The notes below the pieces were generated by a model, which was not told the origin of the DNA, searched no databases, and worked only from the letters and a program-made list of their open reading frames with translations. This document shows, one piece after another, positions 19,673-29,888 of a stretch of DNA of 64,000 bases. The stretch's first letter is position 1; each line of letters starts with the position of its first letter. The stretch comes from Nitrospirota bacterium (lineage in GTDB: Bacteria; Nitrospirota; Thermodesulfovibrionia; Thermodesulfovibrionales; Dissulfurispiraceae). The stretch covers positions 34,494 to 98,493 of the forward strand of contig JBFLWF010000008.1 in assembly GCA_040758355.1 (NCBI GenBank), in the 5' to 3' direction. Both the position numbers and the translations under genes were made by a program.

Positions 19673-20214
19673 ATATAAGCGAATACTTTTCAAAGATGAA
19701 GGGCGGTGCAAAGAGCCCTCCAGGAGTCGGTTTAACAGAGATGCTCTGGTCATGGCTCGGCGCTGTGATAGGTATCGGCATTTGCGGCTATCTCTCCTCA
19801 AAGTATTTTGAGCCGAGGGATTTGACATTGATAATTGGCTCATTTGGTGCGTCTGCAGTGCTTGTTTATGGCGCAATCAAAAGCCCCCTTGCCCAGCCGA
19901 GAAACCTTATCGGAGGCCATATAATATCAGGGCTTGTTGGCGTTGCATGCTATCAATTGTTCGGTGATGTTATATGGATGGCCGCTGCCCTCGGCGTATC
20001 CCTTGCCATTGTGGCGATGCTTGCTACAAAGACGGTTCACCCGCCTGGCGGTGCAACTGCATTGATTGCCGTTATAGGAGGCAAAAAGATACATGACCTC
20101 GGTTTTTTGTACGCATTTTTACCTGCCGGAGCAGGTGCTCTTATTTTATTAGTTGTTGCGCTTCTGGTTAATAATATTTCTAAGAACAGAAGGTATCCGG
20201 AATACTGGCTTTAA
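19669..20214 (+). CDS. HPP family membrane protein
   Basis: SFGASAVL, SPLAQPRNLIGGH, HPPGGA. Confidence 0.92.
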   Translation: MNISEYFSKMKGGAKSPPGVGLTEMLWSWLGAVIGIGICGYLSSKYFEPRDLTLIIGSFGASAVLVYGAIKSPLAQPRNLIGGHIISGLVGVACYQLFGDVIWMAAALGVSLAIVAMLATKTVHPPGGATALIAVIGGKKIHDLGFLYAFLPAGAGALILLVVALLVNNISKNRRYPEYWL

Positions 20215-20217
20215 CTT

Positions 20218-23016
20218 TCAATCATTTAATCTGTCCCAGAAGTTCTTTGTCAGTGCTCTCTTTTCATTCAGAGAGCTTAGGATTTTTCTTTCGTCCATAT
20301 CCATAAAGTTAGCAAGGCTCTGCACGATGGTGCTACCCTCTTTTAGAAGGGATTCATTCCTTAGCCTGAGCATGGTTTCGATGGTCCTGTAAAACATATA
20401 AGTCTCTTTTAACATTATTGCATTGCTATTCTTCAGTATGCCGCTTTTGCTGAGACGGTTAACTGTATCAAGGGTTCCCTGAACAAGTATCTGCGGGTTG
20501 TCCCTGCAGTTTTTAAGCTGCAGATACTGAATGATAAACTCAAGCTCCTCAAGGCCGCCGCTTCCAAGCTTTATATCATAAGTGCCGGGGACTTCCTTTG
20601 ATAGTTCTTTTTGAATCCTTTCCCTCATTTTTTTTATGTCGCTTGCTGTTATTTCACTGCCCCTTTCCATTAAAACCTCTCTTCTCAGTTCCATGAATTT
20701 GAAATTTGAAATTTGAAACTTGAAATTACAGATGGGTCGTGCCTTTAAAAGTGCCTGAAGTTCCCAAACCTGTGCATGCTTCAGGTAATAATCCCTGAGG
20801 CCTTTCAGAGAGCTTACAAGCGGCCCCTTGCTGCCTTCAGGTCTCAGGCGGGTGTCAACCCTGTATGCTATCCCATCCTTTGTGTATGACATGCAGAGCC
20901 GCAGCAACTGCTCTGCTGCCTTTATATCTGCTTCTGCTGGTTCGTCAGATGTTATAAATATCAAATCGAGATCGGAGTTGAAAATAATCTCCCTGCCTCC
21001 CAATTTCCCGAAGGCAACAATATTCAATGAGGTCCCGTGCCGTTCAAGCAGTGCTGATAAGATTACATCCGCTGCTTTGCTCAGGGTCTTCATGAGTTCT
21101 ATGACATCTATTTTCCTGTCCATGAAAAGAAGTCCGAGTTTTATCTCCTCAAACCTTCTGAGCAGTCTTATGGCCGTGGTTTCCCCGTGTCTTTCGATTA
21201 AGAGTTTTAGTTCGTTTTTCAATGCCCTCGCTGATTTCTTTCTTGCTTCGCCCTCAACTATGGACTCGATATATTCAGGACTGCTCATAAGTATCTTTGA
21301 CAGATATTCGCTTTGCGAGAAGATAAAATTGAGTACAGAGATCATTTCAGGTCTTTGTGCTATGGCTTCCAGATAGGATTCCTTTGAGGCTAAAATGCTC
21401 GAAAGATCGACTAACTGAAGCAGGGCGAGGTCAGGGTTTATGCCCTTGATCGCTTCATCCACAAATCTCGGAAGAATATCCTCGAGGAGCCTCCTTCCCC
21501 TTATTGTCTGGAAGGAGTATATATTGTTTCTTATCCTGGTGAGATGGTGCATGGCCCTTTTCATATCCGTTATCTTCGTCTTTGAAAGCTCTTCTGCCAT
21601 GAGGTGTTCAACAGGTGTTTCCATATCCCAGAAAATGCTGCTCAATAAGCCGTGAGGTGGTTCTTTTCTGGATTCCAAAAGTGAATCGTATATTGTCCTT
21701 ACTTTATGTCTTCTCCTGTTAAGCTCTGATAAAAATGCCGACCTGTCTGGAAATCCCATCTTTTTTCCGAGGATATCCAGTTCCATGTCGCTGGATGGAA
21801 GGGCATGTGTCTGGATGTCATTCAATTGTTGGAGCCTGTGTTCAAGTGTTCTTAAGAATATATAATTGTCCAAAAGCTGGCCGTAGTCTTCATAACCTAT
21901 AAATCCCTTTTGCAGGAGTTTATGTAAGGCCTTGAATGTACTCCGTTCCCTTAAAGACGGCTCTTTGCCTCCATAGATCAACTGGAATATCTGTATGAAA
22001 AATTCTATTTCCCGTATGCCTCCATAGCCCCGTTTTATATCCCTGCTCAACGTTCCTGCTTTTATCTGCTCAACCTGTGACTTCATCCTCCTGATTTCGT
22101 CAATGGCCTCAAAATCAAGGTATTTTCTGTAGACAAAGGGCCTTATTGAATTCAAAAACTCCTGTCCTAACTGCATGTCTCCTGCTATCGGCCTTACCCT
22201 GAGAAGTGCAGCCCTTTCCCATAACTGCCCCCATGATTCATAGTATTCCTCGTAACCTCTTAGCGACAGGACTAAACTGCCGCGCTGCCCCTGAGGTCTT
22301 AATCTCAAATCAACCCTGTAGGCAAAGCCGTCCTCTGTATTTGCAGAAAGAAACCGTGTGTATTCCTCAACAAGCTTTGTGTAATACTCGAAGGCAGAGA
22401 TTTTGTTTATGGTCATGCCATGAATCGTAGATATCCCGCTGGTCTCGCCTTCTTCTTTGTAAACAAAGATTATGTCCACATCAGAACTGTAATTAAGCTC
22501 CAGAGCACCCAGCTTTCCGAGGGCTATTACAGCAATGGAATTGTTTTCAGGGACGCCATATCTCAGCTTGAGAAAGGGTTCTACAAAATCCAATGATTCC
22601 CATAAAATTGCATCGGCAAGATTGCTCATATCAAGCATTATCTCCTGAAGCTCTGATAGTTTAAGGATATCCTTCAGTGTGACAATCAAAAATTTATTTT
22701 TCCTGAAATTGCGAATTGCCTTCATGCCATCATTTATGGAATTGCAGGAGGAAAGCGATCCCTTTAATTCAATCCGTAGCTGTTCAGTGTCAAAGGATAT
22801 ATTGAGATTATCAATGGCATGGAACAATGCATCGGGGTTTTTCACAGAATAATTGGCAAGGAACTGGCTATACGAAAAGAGGGTGGAAACTTCAGTTATG
22901 CGGGCATTCAATTTTTCTGCATATTCTGGATTTTCAGAGAGGAATGATTGTATGTTTTTTTGTGCCCTTTCAGGATCGGGGAGATCATAGTTCATAGCTG
23001 ATGGTTGATAGCTCAT
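20218..23016 (-). CDS. glnE: Bifunctional glutamine synthetase adenylyltransferase/adenylyl-removing enzyme
   Basis: Two nucleotidyltransferase domains: GKLGALELNYSSDVD...RVDLRLRP and GKLGGREIIFNSDLD...RVDTRLRP. Confidence 0.93.
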   Translation of the reverse strand: MSYQPSAMNYDLPDPERAQKNIQSFLSENPEYAEKLNARITEVSTLFSYSQFLANYSVKNPDALFHAIDNLNISFDTEQLRIELKGSLSSCNSINDGMKAIRNFRKNKFLIVTLKDILKLSELQEIMLDMSNLADAILWESLDFVEPFLKLRYGVPENNSIAVIALGKLGALELNYSSDVDIIFVYKEEGETSGISTIHGMTINKISAFEYYTKLVEEYTRFLSANTEDGFAYRVDLRLRPQGQRGSLVLSLRGYEEYYESWGQLWERAALLRVRPIAGDMQLGQEFLNSIRPFVYRKYLDFEAIDEIRRMKSQVEQIKAGTLSRDIKRGYGGIREIEFFIQIFQLIYGGKEPSLRERSTFKALHKLLQKGFIGYEDYGQLLDNYIFLRTLEHRLQQLNDIQTHALPSSDMELDILGKKMGFPDRSAFLSELNRRRHKVRTIYDSLLESRKEPPHGLLSSIFWDMETPVEHLMAEELSKTKITDMKRAMHHLTRIRNNIYSFQTIRGRRLLEDILPRFVDEAIKGINPDLALLQLVDLSSILASKESYLEAIAQRPEMISVLNFIFSQSEYLSKILMSSPEYIESIVEGEARKKSARALKNELKLLIERHGETTAIRLLRRFEEIKLGLLFMDRKIDVIELMKTLSKAADVILSALLERHGTSLNIVAFGKLGGREIIFNSDLDLIFITSDEPAEADIKAAEQLLRLCMSYTKDGIAYRVDTRLRPEGSKGPLVSSLKGLRDYYLKHAQVWELQALLKARPICNFKFQISNFKFMELRREVLMERGSEITASDIKKMRERIQKELSKEVPGTYDIKLGSGGLEELEFIIQYLQLKNCRDNPQILVQGTLDTVNRLSKSGILKNSNAIMLKETYMFYRTIETMLRLRNESLLKEGSTIVQSLANFMDMDERKILSSLNEKRALTKNFWDRLND

Positions 23017-23065
23017 GGTAATAAAAATAATACCACGAACTATGAGCTAACTGGAATTTATGCGC

Positions 23066-23899
23066 TTAATCTCGCCATAACCTCGGATCAAGGGCGTCCC
23101 TTAATCCTTCGCCAAAGAGGTTGTAGCTGAGCACAGTGATAAGAATAGCAATGCCTGGGAAAAGGGATAGCCACCATGCTATCTCTATATTGTCCTTCCC
23201 TGATGTGAGCATATTGCCCCAGCTGGGTGTAGGAGGCTGAACCCCTATGCCGAGAAAACTTAAAGCCGATTCCACCAGTATCGCGCTTGCCACGCCAAGA
23301 ATAGCAGAAACGAACACGGGAGCCATGCTGTTTACCATAATGTGTCTTGAGATTATTCTCATATCGCTTGCCCCCAGCGCCTTTGCAGCGAGGACAAATT
23401 CCCTCTCTTTCAATGATAGAAATTCTGCCCTTACAAGTCGTGCTACTCCCATCCATGATGTAAACCCTATAACGATCATAATGTTCCAGATACTCGGCCC
23501 GACAAAGGCGATGACAGCAAGGACCAGAAAGAATGTCGGAATAGAAAGCATTATATCAATAAACCGCATCATTGCCCTGTCAGTCCAGCCGCCATAGTAT
23601 CCTGATACCGCACCGAGCAGCATGCCTATAATTGTTGCTATGCCTACGGCAATAAAGCCGACTGCCAGTGATATCCGGCTGCCATGCACCATTCGTGATA
23701 AAACATCCCTGCCGAGGTCATCGGTTCCAAGGGGATGCCTCGCGCCCGGAGGCTCAAGGATGTGTTTTCTGTCAATATCGTTGGGATTAAAGGGAGAAAT
23801 GAAAGGCGCAAGCACCGCAATAACAAAAAGGACAACCACGATAACTCCGCCTGCTACTGCAAGTTTATTCCTTTTAAACCTCTTCCAAAATATCTTCAT
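23066..23899 (-). CDS. Peptide ABC transporter permease (DppC/OppC)
   Basis: HPLGTDDLGRD, EFVLAAKALGA, LSFLGIGVQPP.PSWG. Confidence 0.93.
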   Translation of the reverse strand: MKIFWKRFKRNKLAVAGGVIVVVLFVIAVLAPFISPFNPNDIDRKHILEPPGARHPLGTDDLGRDVLSRMVHGSRISLAVGFIAVGIATIIGMLLGAVSGYYGGWTDRAMMRFIDIMLSIPTFFLVLAVIAFVGPSIWNIMIVIGFTSWMGVARLVRAEFLSLKEREFVLAAKALGASDMRIISRHIMVNSMAPVFVSAILGVASAILVESALSFLGIGVQPPTPSWGNMLTSGKDNIEIAWWLSLFPGIAILITVLSYNLFGEGLRDALDPRLWRD

Positions 23900-23902
23900 A
23901 TC

Positions 23903-24901
23903 TCACTTCACCCTTATCCTCGGGTCTGCGAGCATGTAGCCGATATCTGCCAGCAGGTTTCCTATCAATGTCAATATTGCCCCGATTGTCAAAATACCCA
24001 TTATCAGCGGATAATCCCTTGTCATTACACCCATAAAGAAGAGCTGGCCCATGCCCGGAATGCCGAATATATTTTCGAATATAACACTTCCGCCGATGAG
24101 TCCGGGGACAGAAAGTCCGAGCAATGTGATGATGGGCAAAAGCGCATTTCTCAGGGCATGTCCGTATATAACCCTCTTTTCGGATAATCCCTTTGCCCTC
24201 GCTGTTGTAACATAATCCTGCCTCAGCACCTCAAGCATGCTGCCCCTCATGTATCTTGAAAGACCCGCAAGACCTCCAAAGGAAGAGACAAAGACAGGGA
24301 GCAAAAGATGAAGGGTCCTATCCCATATCTTCTCCATGAGTGTCAGCGAGTCATAGTTCATGGACTTAAGCCCTGATATTGGAAGCCAGCCAAGATGCAC
24401 CCCAAAAAGCATCATCAGCAGGAGGGCAAGCCAGAATGAAGGTATGGCAAAGCCTATGAAGACAGATGTGGTTGTAATCTTGTCATACAGTGAATACTGA
24501 TGAGTTGCAGAAGATATGCCGACCGGTATCGCAATGATAAAGATTATAAGCATGGAAAGCACATTGATCAGAAACGTGATAAACAGCCTTCTTTCAAGCA
24601 GAGGCTTTTTCGTATCCCATATCCTTTCCATAACAGGTCTTCTGTCGCCTGAGAAGGATTCGCCGAAATCCAGTTTTACAATCCTTTTAAGCCACATGCC
24701 GTATTGAACTATTATTGGCTTATCGAGCCCATAGTATTTTTCGAGCTTCAGCCTTGCCTCGGGCGTGATTTTGGGATTCAGCTCTGTGAGTATGTCTGTG
24801 GGCTTTCCAGGGGCAAGATGGATAATAAAAAATGAAAGCAGCGTAATCCCAAAGAGTGTTGGGATCATCTCAAGGAGTCGTTTAATGAGATAGGTCAGCA
24901 T
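23903..24901 (-). CDS. Peptide ABC transporter permease (DppB/OppB)
   Basis: [26 protein letters not shown]. Confidence 0.93.
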   Translation of the reverse strand: MLTYLIKRLLEMIPTLFGITLLSFFIIHLAPGKPTDILTELNPKITPEARLKLEKYYGLDKPIIVQYGMWLKRIVKLDFGESFSGDRRPVMERIWDTKKPLLERRLFITFLINVLSMLIIFIIAIPVGISSATHQYSLYDKITTTSVFIGFAIPSFWLALLLMMLFGVHLGWLPISGLKSMNYDSLTLMEKIWDRTLHLLLPVFVSSFGGLAGLSRYMRGSMLEVLRQDYVTTARAKGLSEKRVIYGHALRNALLPIITLLGLSVPGLIGGSVIFENIFGIPGMGQLFFMGVMTRDYPLIMGILTIGAILTLIGNLLADIGYMLADPRIRVK

Positions 24902-24903
24902 CT

Positions 24904-26565
24904 TCAGGGCTCTATTCTATATCTCTGGAGTTTTTCCGGCACATACCATTTAGGGAGATTATAACTTATACCTATAGGCGAAGGCTTGATGCCTTTAATC
25001 CTTGAATGTACAATCGGAATTGCATCGGGCACGTACAGAAAGACATACGGCAGGTCATCGGCAAGTATTTCCTGGATTTTATAGTATGCCTTTTTTCTTT
25101 CTTCTATATCGAATGTCCTCCGGCCTTTTTCGAGTAGCGTGTCCACTAATGGATTGCTATAGCCGACAAAATTAAATTCCTTTTCCCTTGTTTTGCCGGA
25201 GTGCCAGATATCATACTGATCGGGGTCAAGGCCGATGCTCCAGCCGAGTATGACCGCCTCGAACCGTCTTTTATCGATAAACTCGTTGATGAATGTGCTC
25301 CATTCAAGCAGTCTTATCTCCACTTTTATGCCTACCCTTGCAAGTCTCCATTGAATAATAGTAGCCGTATTGATTCTCAGGCGGTTGCCCATATTGGTAA
25401 GAATAGTGAATTGGAATGGCTTGCCGTCCTTTTCTATAATTCCATCTCCATCGGTATCTTCCCATCCTGCTTCTTTCAGAAGCCTTTTTGCCTTCCCGTG
25501 GTCGAATTCATATTTTTTTACATCTGGATTGTACGGCCATGTGTTTGGAACATAAGGACCCGTAGCAGGGCTGCCAAGTCCAAAGAGAACAACATCAATG
25601 ATTTCGCTTTTATCTATGGCATGCGCTATTGCCTGCCTCACACGCTTATCTTTGAACCATGGATGCTTGAGATTAAACCCCATGTAAGTATAGTTGAATA
25701 CAGGGTAGCGGAATTTCTGAAAGTTTTTTCTGAAGAAATCGGTATCGGTCTGTTTCGTATACTGAATCGGAGTAAGTCCCATCATATCGATTCCTCCTGC
25801 CTGCAGCTCTAAAAACAGCGTTGCCGGGTCAGGTATCACCCTGTAGATATATCTGTCTATATATGGCCTCCCGTCGAAATAACTCCTGTTTGAGTCAAGC
25901 ACCACCTCCTGACCCGAAACCCATTTCTTAAGCTTGTAAGGACCTGTCCCGATGGGATTCCTTCCAAAATCGCTTTTTGTTATATCCTTGCCTTCAAGGA
26001 GATGTTTGGGAAGAACAACCAAATTCCCCCACGATGTGAGTGCAGGCGCAAACGGTTTTTTATACGTAACCCTGAATGTGTATCTGTCAAGGACTTCGAA
26101 CTTTTTGACCTGCATGTAATCCTCTTTGTAAGGCGTTGGTGTTTTTTCATCAATAATGGTCTTGTACCCAAACATCACATCGTCTGCTGTAAATTCGACT
26201 CCGTCAGCCCATTTGACTCCCTTTTTCAAGCGAAAGGCAATAACCATGCCGTCGGATGAGATAGTCCATGACTCTGCAAGGTCTCCTATAACGCTCAGGT
26301 CTGTATGATATTTTACAATGCCGTTAAAAATCATTCCTGCCACGCTATGAGAAGCGCTATCGCCCGCAAGCATGGGAATGAGAGTGCTTGGCTCGCCTAT
26401 GGTACCTTCTATAACGGCATCGCCATATGTTGCAGTTTCCCTGGGTTCTGTCTCTCTTCCCACAAGGTCTCTATGCGTAAGGTGAATGACGGTAAATGTT
26501 ATAAGGGTTATCCCGAATATAAGGGGGATCATCAATAAAAGGCGTTTAAGGATGTATGAAAGCAT
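24904..26565 (-). CDS. Peptide ABC transporter substrate-binding protein (family 5) with permease-like N-terminus
   Basis: [35 protein letters not shown]; no lipobox. Confidence 0.88.
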   Translation of the reverse strand: MLSYILKRLLLMIPLIFGITLITFTVIHLTHRDLVGRETEPRETATYGDAVIEGTIGEPSTLIPMLAGDSASHSVAGMIFNGIVKYHTDLSVIGDLAESWTISSDGMVIAFRLKKGVKWADGVEFTADDVMFGYKTIIDEKTPTPYKEDYMQVKKFEVLDRYTFRVTYKKPFAPALTSWGNLVVLPKHLLEGKDITKSDFGRNPIGTGPYKLKKWVSGQEVVLDSNRSYFDGRPYIDRYIYRVIPDPATLFLELQAGGIDMMGLTPIQYTKQTDTDFFRKNFQKFRYPVFNYTYMGFNLKHPWFKDKRVRQAIAHAIDKSEIIDVVLFGLGSPATGPYVPNTWPYNPDVKKYEFDHGKAKRLLKEAGWEDTDGDGIIEKDGKPFQFTILTNMGNRLRINTATIIQWRLARVGIKVEIRLLEWSTFINEFIDKRRFEAVILGWSIGLDPDQYDIWHSGKTREKEFNFVGYSNPLVDTLLEKGRRTFDIEERKKAYYKIQEILADDLPYVFLYVPDAIPIVHSRIKGIKPSPIGISYNLPKWYVPEKLQRYRIEP

Positions 26566-26602
26566 ATATGTAAATTAATGGATGAAAGGATTAAAGTCAA
26601 TA

Positions 26603-27262
26603 TTACTGGGTTATTTTTATAATCCCACGTTGTATGGCAAATTTTAACAATCCGGAGCGGCTGTGTATGTCGAGCTTTTCGCTTATATTTGTCTGATGTG
26701 CAATGACTGTTTTTACGCTTATGTTTAACAGTTCTGCCATCTCTTTATGAGTATATCCCTCTGCTATCAGTTTCAAGACCTGCTTTTCCCTGTCGGTCAG
26801 TTTTTCATAAGGGTCTTCCACCATTGTCTGCCTGTCTTTGCCAAGATAGCCTGCAACAACCTCCGAAGTAATTGATGAATGGAGATATAATTCTCCCCTG
26901 TTGATGGCCCTTAAAGCTGCAATGAGGTCGCTTCCCACTGCCTTTTTAAGCAGGTATCCTGATACGCCGGCCTTTAAAAACCTCGATATGTATTCCCTGT
27001 CTTCATACTGAGTGAGCACAAGTATCTTTGTGTCAGGGTTTATTTTTTTCATCTCAATTGTTGCCTCATATCCGCCGAGCCTCGGCATGTTTATATCCAT
27101 GACAACCACATCTGGATGAAGTCTGCCTGTCTTTTCTATTGCCTCGATGCCGTCCGATGCCTCTGCAACCACTTCAATGTCATCGCATGTCTTAAGGAAT
27201 GCTGCAATCCCCTCCCTTACAAGCACATGGTCGTCTGCAATAAGAACCTTTATTTTAGACAT
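26603..27262 (-). CDS. NarL/FixJ-family response regulator
   Basis: REC (IADDH, MDINMP) plus LuxR HTH (LTDREKQVLKLIAEG). Confidence 0.93.
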   Translation of the reverse strand: MSKIKVLIADDHVLVREGIAAFLKTCDDIEVVAEASDGIEAIEKTGRLHPDVVVMDINMPRLGGYEATIEMKKINPDTKILVLTQYEDREYISRFLKAGVSGYLLKKAVGSDLIAALRAINRGELYLHSSITSEVVAGYLGKDRQTMVEDPYEKLTDREKQVLKLIAEGYTHKEMAELLNISVKTVIAHQTNISEKLDIHSRSGLLKFAIQRGIIKITQ

Positions 27263-29105
27263 ATTCTTCTCCCTCCGCTTTCATTGGAATTTTAAGACTT
27301 ACCCTTGTGCCACAGTCCGGCGCTGAATGTATTTCCAAGCTGCCTCCCATGAGTGATGCCCTTTCCTTCATGCCTAAAAGCCCTAACCCCCTAAAGTCCT
27401 TTCTTGCATGAACGGCCTGCTGGAAAAGGGTTTTGACATCGAAACCCTGGCCGTCGTCCTCTATCTCCAGGATTATATGATTGCTGTCTGCCTTGAAATT
27501 CACAAAGACATTTTCTGCGGCTGCATGGCGTGAGATGTTCGCAATCGCCTCCTGTATAATCCTGAAGAGCCTTATCTCTATATCCTGACTGAACCGTTTG
27601 TCTTTAGCCCCGGTGATATTGTAAAAGATGTTTGTCCCTTTTTCTCCCAAATGGATGTCGAGGAGCCATTTAATTGCTGCTTCCAGTCCAAGGTCATCGA
27701 GAAGGGATGGCCTGAGGTTTTGTATGGCTGTATTGAGTCCATCGAGGGTTTTGAGAACTATTTCCCGGATGCCGTCAATTTTATTTGCCGAAATCTGTTC
27801 AGGATAGAGCTTGCACATATCGATCTTCATGAGAAGCGCCGAGAGGTCCTGTATTGTATCGTCATGGAGGTTTCGCGCTATCCTCTTCCTTTCCTCTTCC
27901 TCTGTGGAGATTATCTTGTTTAGCAGGTTCTCGATCCTCTGCTGGCCTTCTTTTATTTTTCGCGTCCTCTCCCTGACCCTTTTTTCAAGCTCCAGGTTAT
28001 AATTTTTTATGCTCTCGATGGACCTGTCAAGTTTTTCCCTCATGATCTCAAAACTCCGGCTTAAGACCCCTATCTCGTCGCTGCCCTGAACCGCAACAGG
28101 CTCTGAAAGGTCTCCCCTTGATATCCGGTCTGTTGCCTTTATCAATTCCTTTATTGGATCGACCACGCTCCTGCTTATCCCCATTGCGAGCATAAATGCA
28201 GTCCCTATAAAGATCGCTCCGAGGGTGACAAAGGTCTTCTTCATATGCATGGAAGGCTCAAAGACATCGACTTCGGGTTCCTGTATGGATATGCCCCATG
28301 GCGCCATTTCGAGGGGTACGAATGCCACGACATTTGTGGATTTCTTTCTCTTCTCCTGATCATGGCATTGGTGGCATGTTGTTACGCGTTCTCTCTTTGA
28401 ATTTATTATGGTGCTGAAGAATTTGTTGTAGTCGCAGTATGTGAGCGTGCGGGAAGGCTTTGATGAGGCTATGACTATGCCGTTGGAGTCTATGATGTCT
28501 ATGAATGTATTCTCCCCTATATCGGTAAACCTCAGCATATTTGTGAGGATCGGATTGGTGGGATCGACCTCGCCTCCTGCTATTCCCACATGGTTTCCGT
28601 TTTTGTCCTTGAGCGGCACCAGTACAAACAGCACCTTTCTATTTGCCGTATCGCTGCTGTAGATGTTTGATACAACAGGCCTTCCCGTTGCGATCATCCT
28701 GCTTATGGGCTCGATGCTCAACAGATTGAGGTTGGTATCCTTTATTTTCTCCGGATAATTCAGGATGACATTTCCTCCTTTATCGAGGAGGAATATTCCA
28801 TCGGTGAATATGGAATACCTGTATGCGTTATTAAGGGCTTCCCTTTCGGGGGTCAGGTCATTGTCGTTGAGATTTACGCTTCCTGTCAGGGATATGTCGT
28901 ACAGGCGGTTTATATTCTCTTTTATGATGTTGTCTATATTGTTTCTGATGAGACGTGCGAGGGCGAGCTTTTTATTCAGGGAATCCTCGATGTTTTTCTC
29001 GATGATATAGTAACTGACAATGCCAAGGCTTAATAAGATTATGGACATGCCCAGCGTTACTGCCAGGGTTATCCTCTTTCGCAAACTCCCTTTTTCTTCA
29101 CCCAT
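27255..29105 (-). CDS. HisKA_3 sensor histidine kinase with Cache-like periplasmic domain containing CxxCH, HAMP
   Basis: EERKRIARNLHD, QEAIANI.RHA, DDGQGF, GLGL.GM; CHQCH between TMs; probable start ATG 29105. Confidence 0.9.
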   Translation of the reverse strand: MGEEKGSLRKRITLAVTLGMSIILLSLGIVSYYIIEKNIEDSLNKKLALARLIRNNIDNIIKENINRLYDISLTGSVNLNDNDLTPEREALNNAYRYSIFTDGIFLLDKGGNVILNYPEKIKDTNLNLLSIEPISRMIATGRPVVSNIYSSDTANRKVLFVLVPLKDKNGNHVGIAGGEVDPTNPILTNMLRFTDIGENTFIDIIDSNGIVIASSKPSRTLTYCDYNKFFSTIINSKRERVTTCHQCHDQEKRKKSTNVVAFVPLEMAPWGISIQEPEVDVFEPSMHMKKTFVTLGAIFIGTAFMLAMGISRSVVDPIKELIKATDRISRGDLSEPVAVQGSDEIGVLSRSFEIMREKLDRSIESIKNYNLELEKRVRERTRKIKEGQQRIENLLNKIISTEEEERKRIARNLHDDTIQDLSALLMKIDMCKLYPEQISANKIDGIREIVLKTLDGLNTAIQNLRPSLLDDLGLEAAIKWLLDIHLGEKGTNIFYNITGAKDKRFSQDIEIRLFRIIQEAIANISRHAAAENVFVNFKADSNHIILEIEDDGQGFDVKTLFQQAVHARKDFRGLGLLGMKERASLMGGSLEIHSAPDCGTRVSLKIPMKAEGEEYV

Positions 29106-29141
29106 GATGGAATTATAAAGCAAAAATCTAAAAATACAACT

Positions 29142-29876
29142 TTAGGATAAATGTTCATTGACTTCTAAACTTTCATCTATCATGGCATCTATCATGGCAT
29201 CTATGGGTCTGCCTTCCATTCGTGCGAGCTCGACAGGATGCTCACGGAGCATCCTGTCCCTCGATATCGAACCTGTGAATATGCTCTTGTCGATGGGAAA
29301 TATCTCGGGGCTGAATATGGAGTTGTAGATATGCCAGAGGGCAATAATGAGGAACATCAGAAATCCCTGATTGGTGTGCATCACCTTTGCGGCAGGGATG
29401 ATCTCCCCGGGCAGGAACCGTGTGAGAAAGGCAGGGAGCCAGAGTATAATGCCTGTCATAATCATCAGGACTGCACTGATGATCACCCCCCAGTATTCGA
29501 ATTTCTGTTTGTAACTGTAACGGTCGCAGATAGCGGGCTGTGTCTCCACGCCGAGATAATATCTGATATTGTGTATTGCATCGCTGAAGTCTTTTTTATT
29601 GATGACCATGGAAGGCGGCCATTTTTTAGCTGCAATGCATACTATCCCTGTTATGATATGGAGTGCAGTAACGACCAAAAATACCATGCCTGCGTAACGG
29701 TGGATGAGCCTTACATAATCGATCCCTCCGAGGTGAAAGATGAGCCAAAGGGAGATATCGAGGGAATGAAATTTCTGGGATAGTCCGGTGACAACGAGGA
29801 CAATAAAAGTTGCCATATATATCCAGTGTTCGGCAATTCGATATGTGCTGAAACGTTTTATTTTGTGGTCTGTCAT
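29142..29876 (-). CDS. Cytochrome b subunit (FdnI/HydC-like)
   Basis: EHW, IHR, QKFEYW, MHT, WHIY heme-b His pattern in TM helices. Confidence 0.85.
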   Translation of the reverse strand: MTDHKIKRFSTYRIAEHWIYMATFIVLVVTGLSQKFHSLDISLWLIFHLGGIDYVRLIHRYAGMVFLVVTALHIITGIVCIAAKKWPPSMVINKKDFSDAIHNIRYYLGVETQPAICDRYSYKQKFEYWGVIISAVLMIMTGIILWLPAFLTRFLPGEIIPAAKVMHTNQGFLMFLIIALWHIYNSIFSPEIFPIDKSIFTGSISRDRMLREHPVELARMEGRPIDAMIDAMIDESLEVNEHLS

Positions 29877-29888
29877 ATAATCCTCCCT

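Noticed and set aside
29174..29206. 12-bp duplication (IDAMIDAMID) at the cytochrome b C-terminus
   Set aside because: In-frame simple duplication in a tail; not part of the 7/8-bp class.
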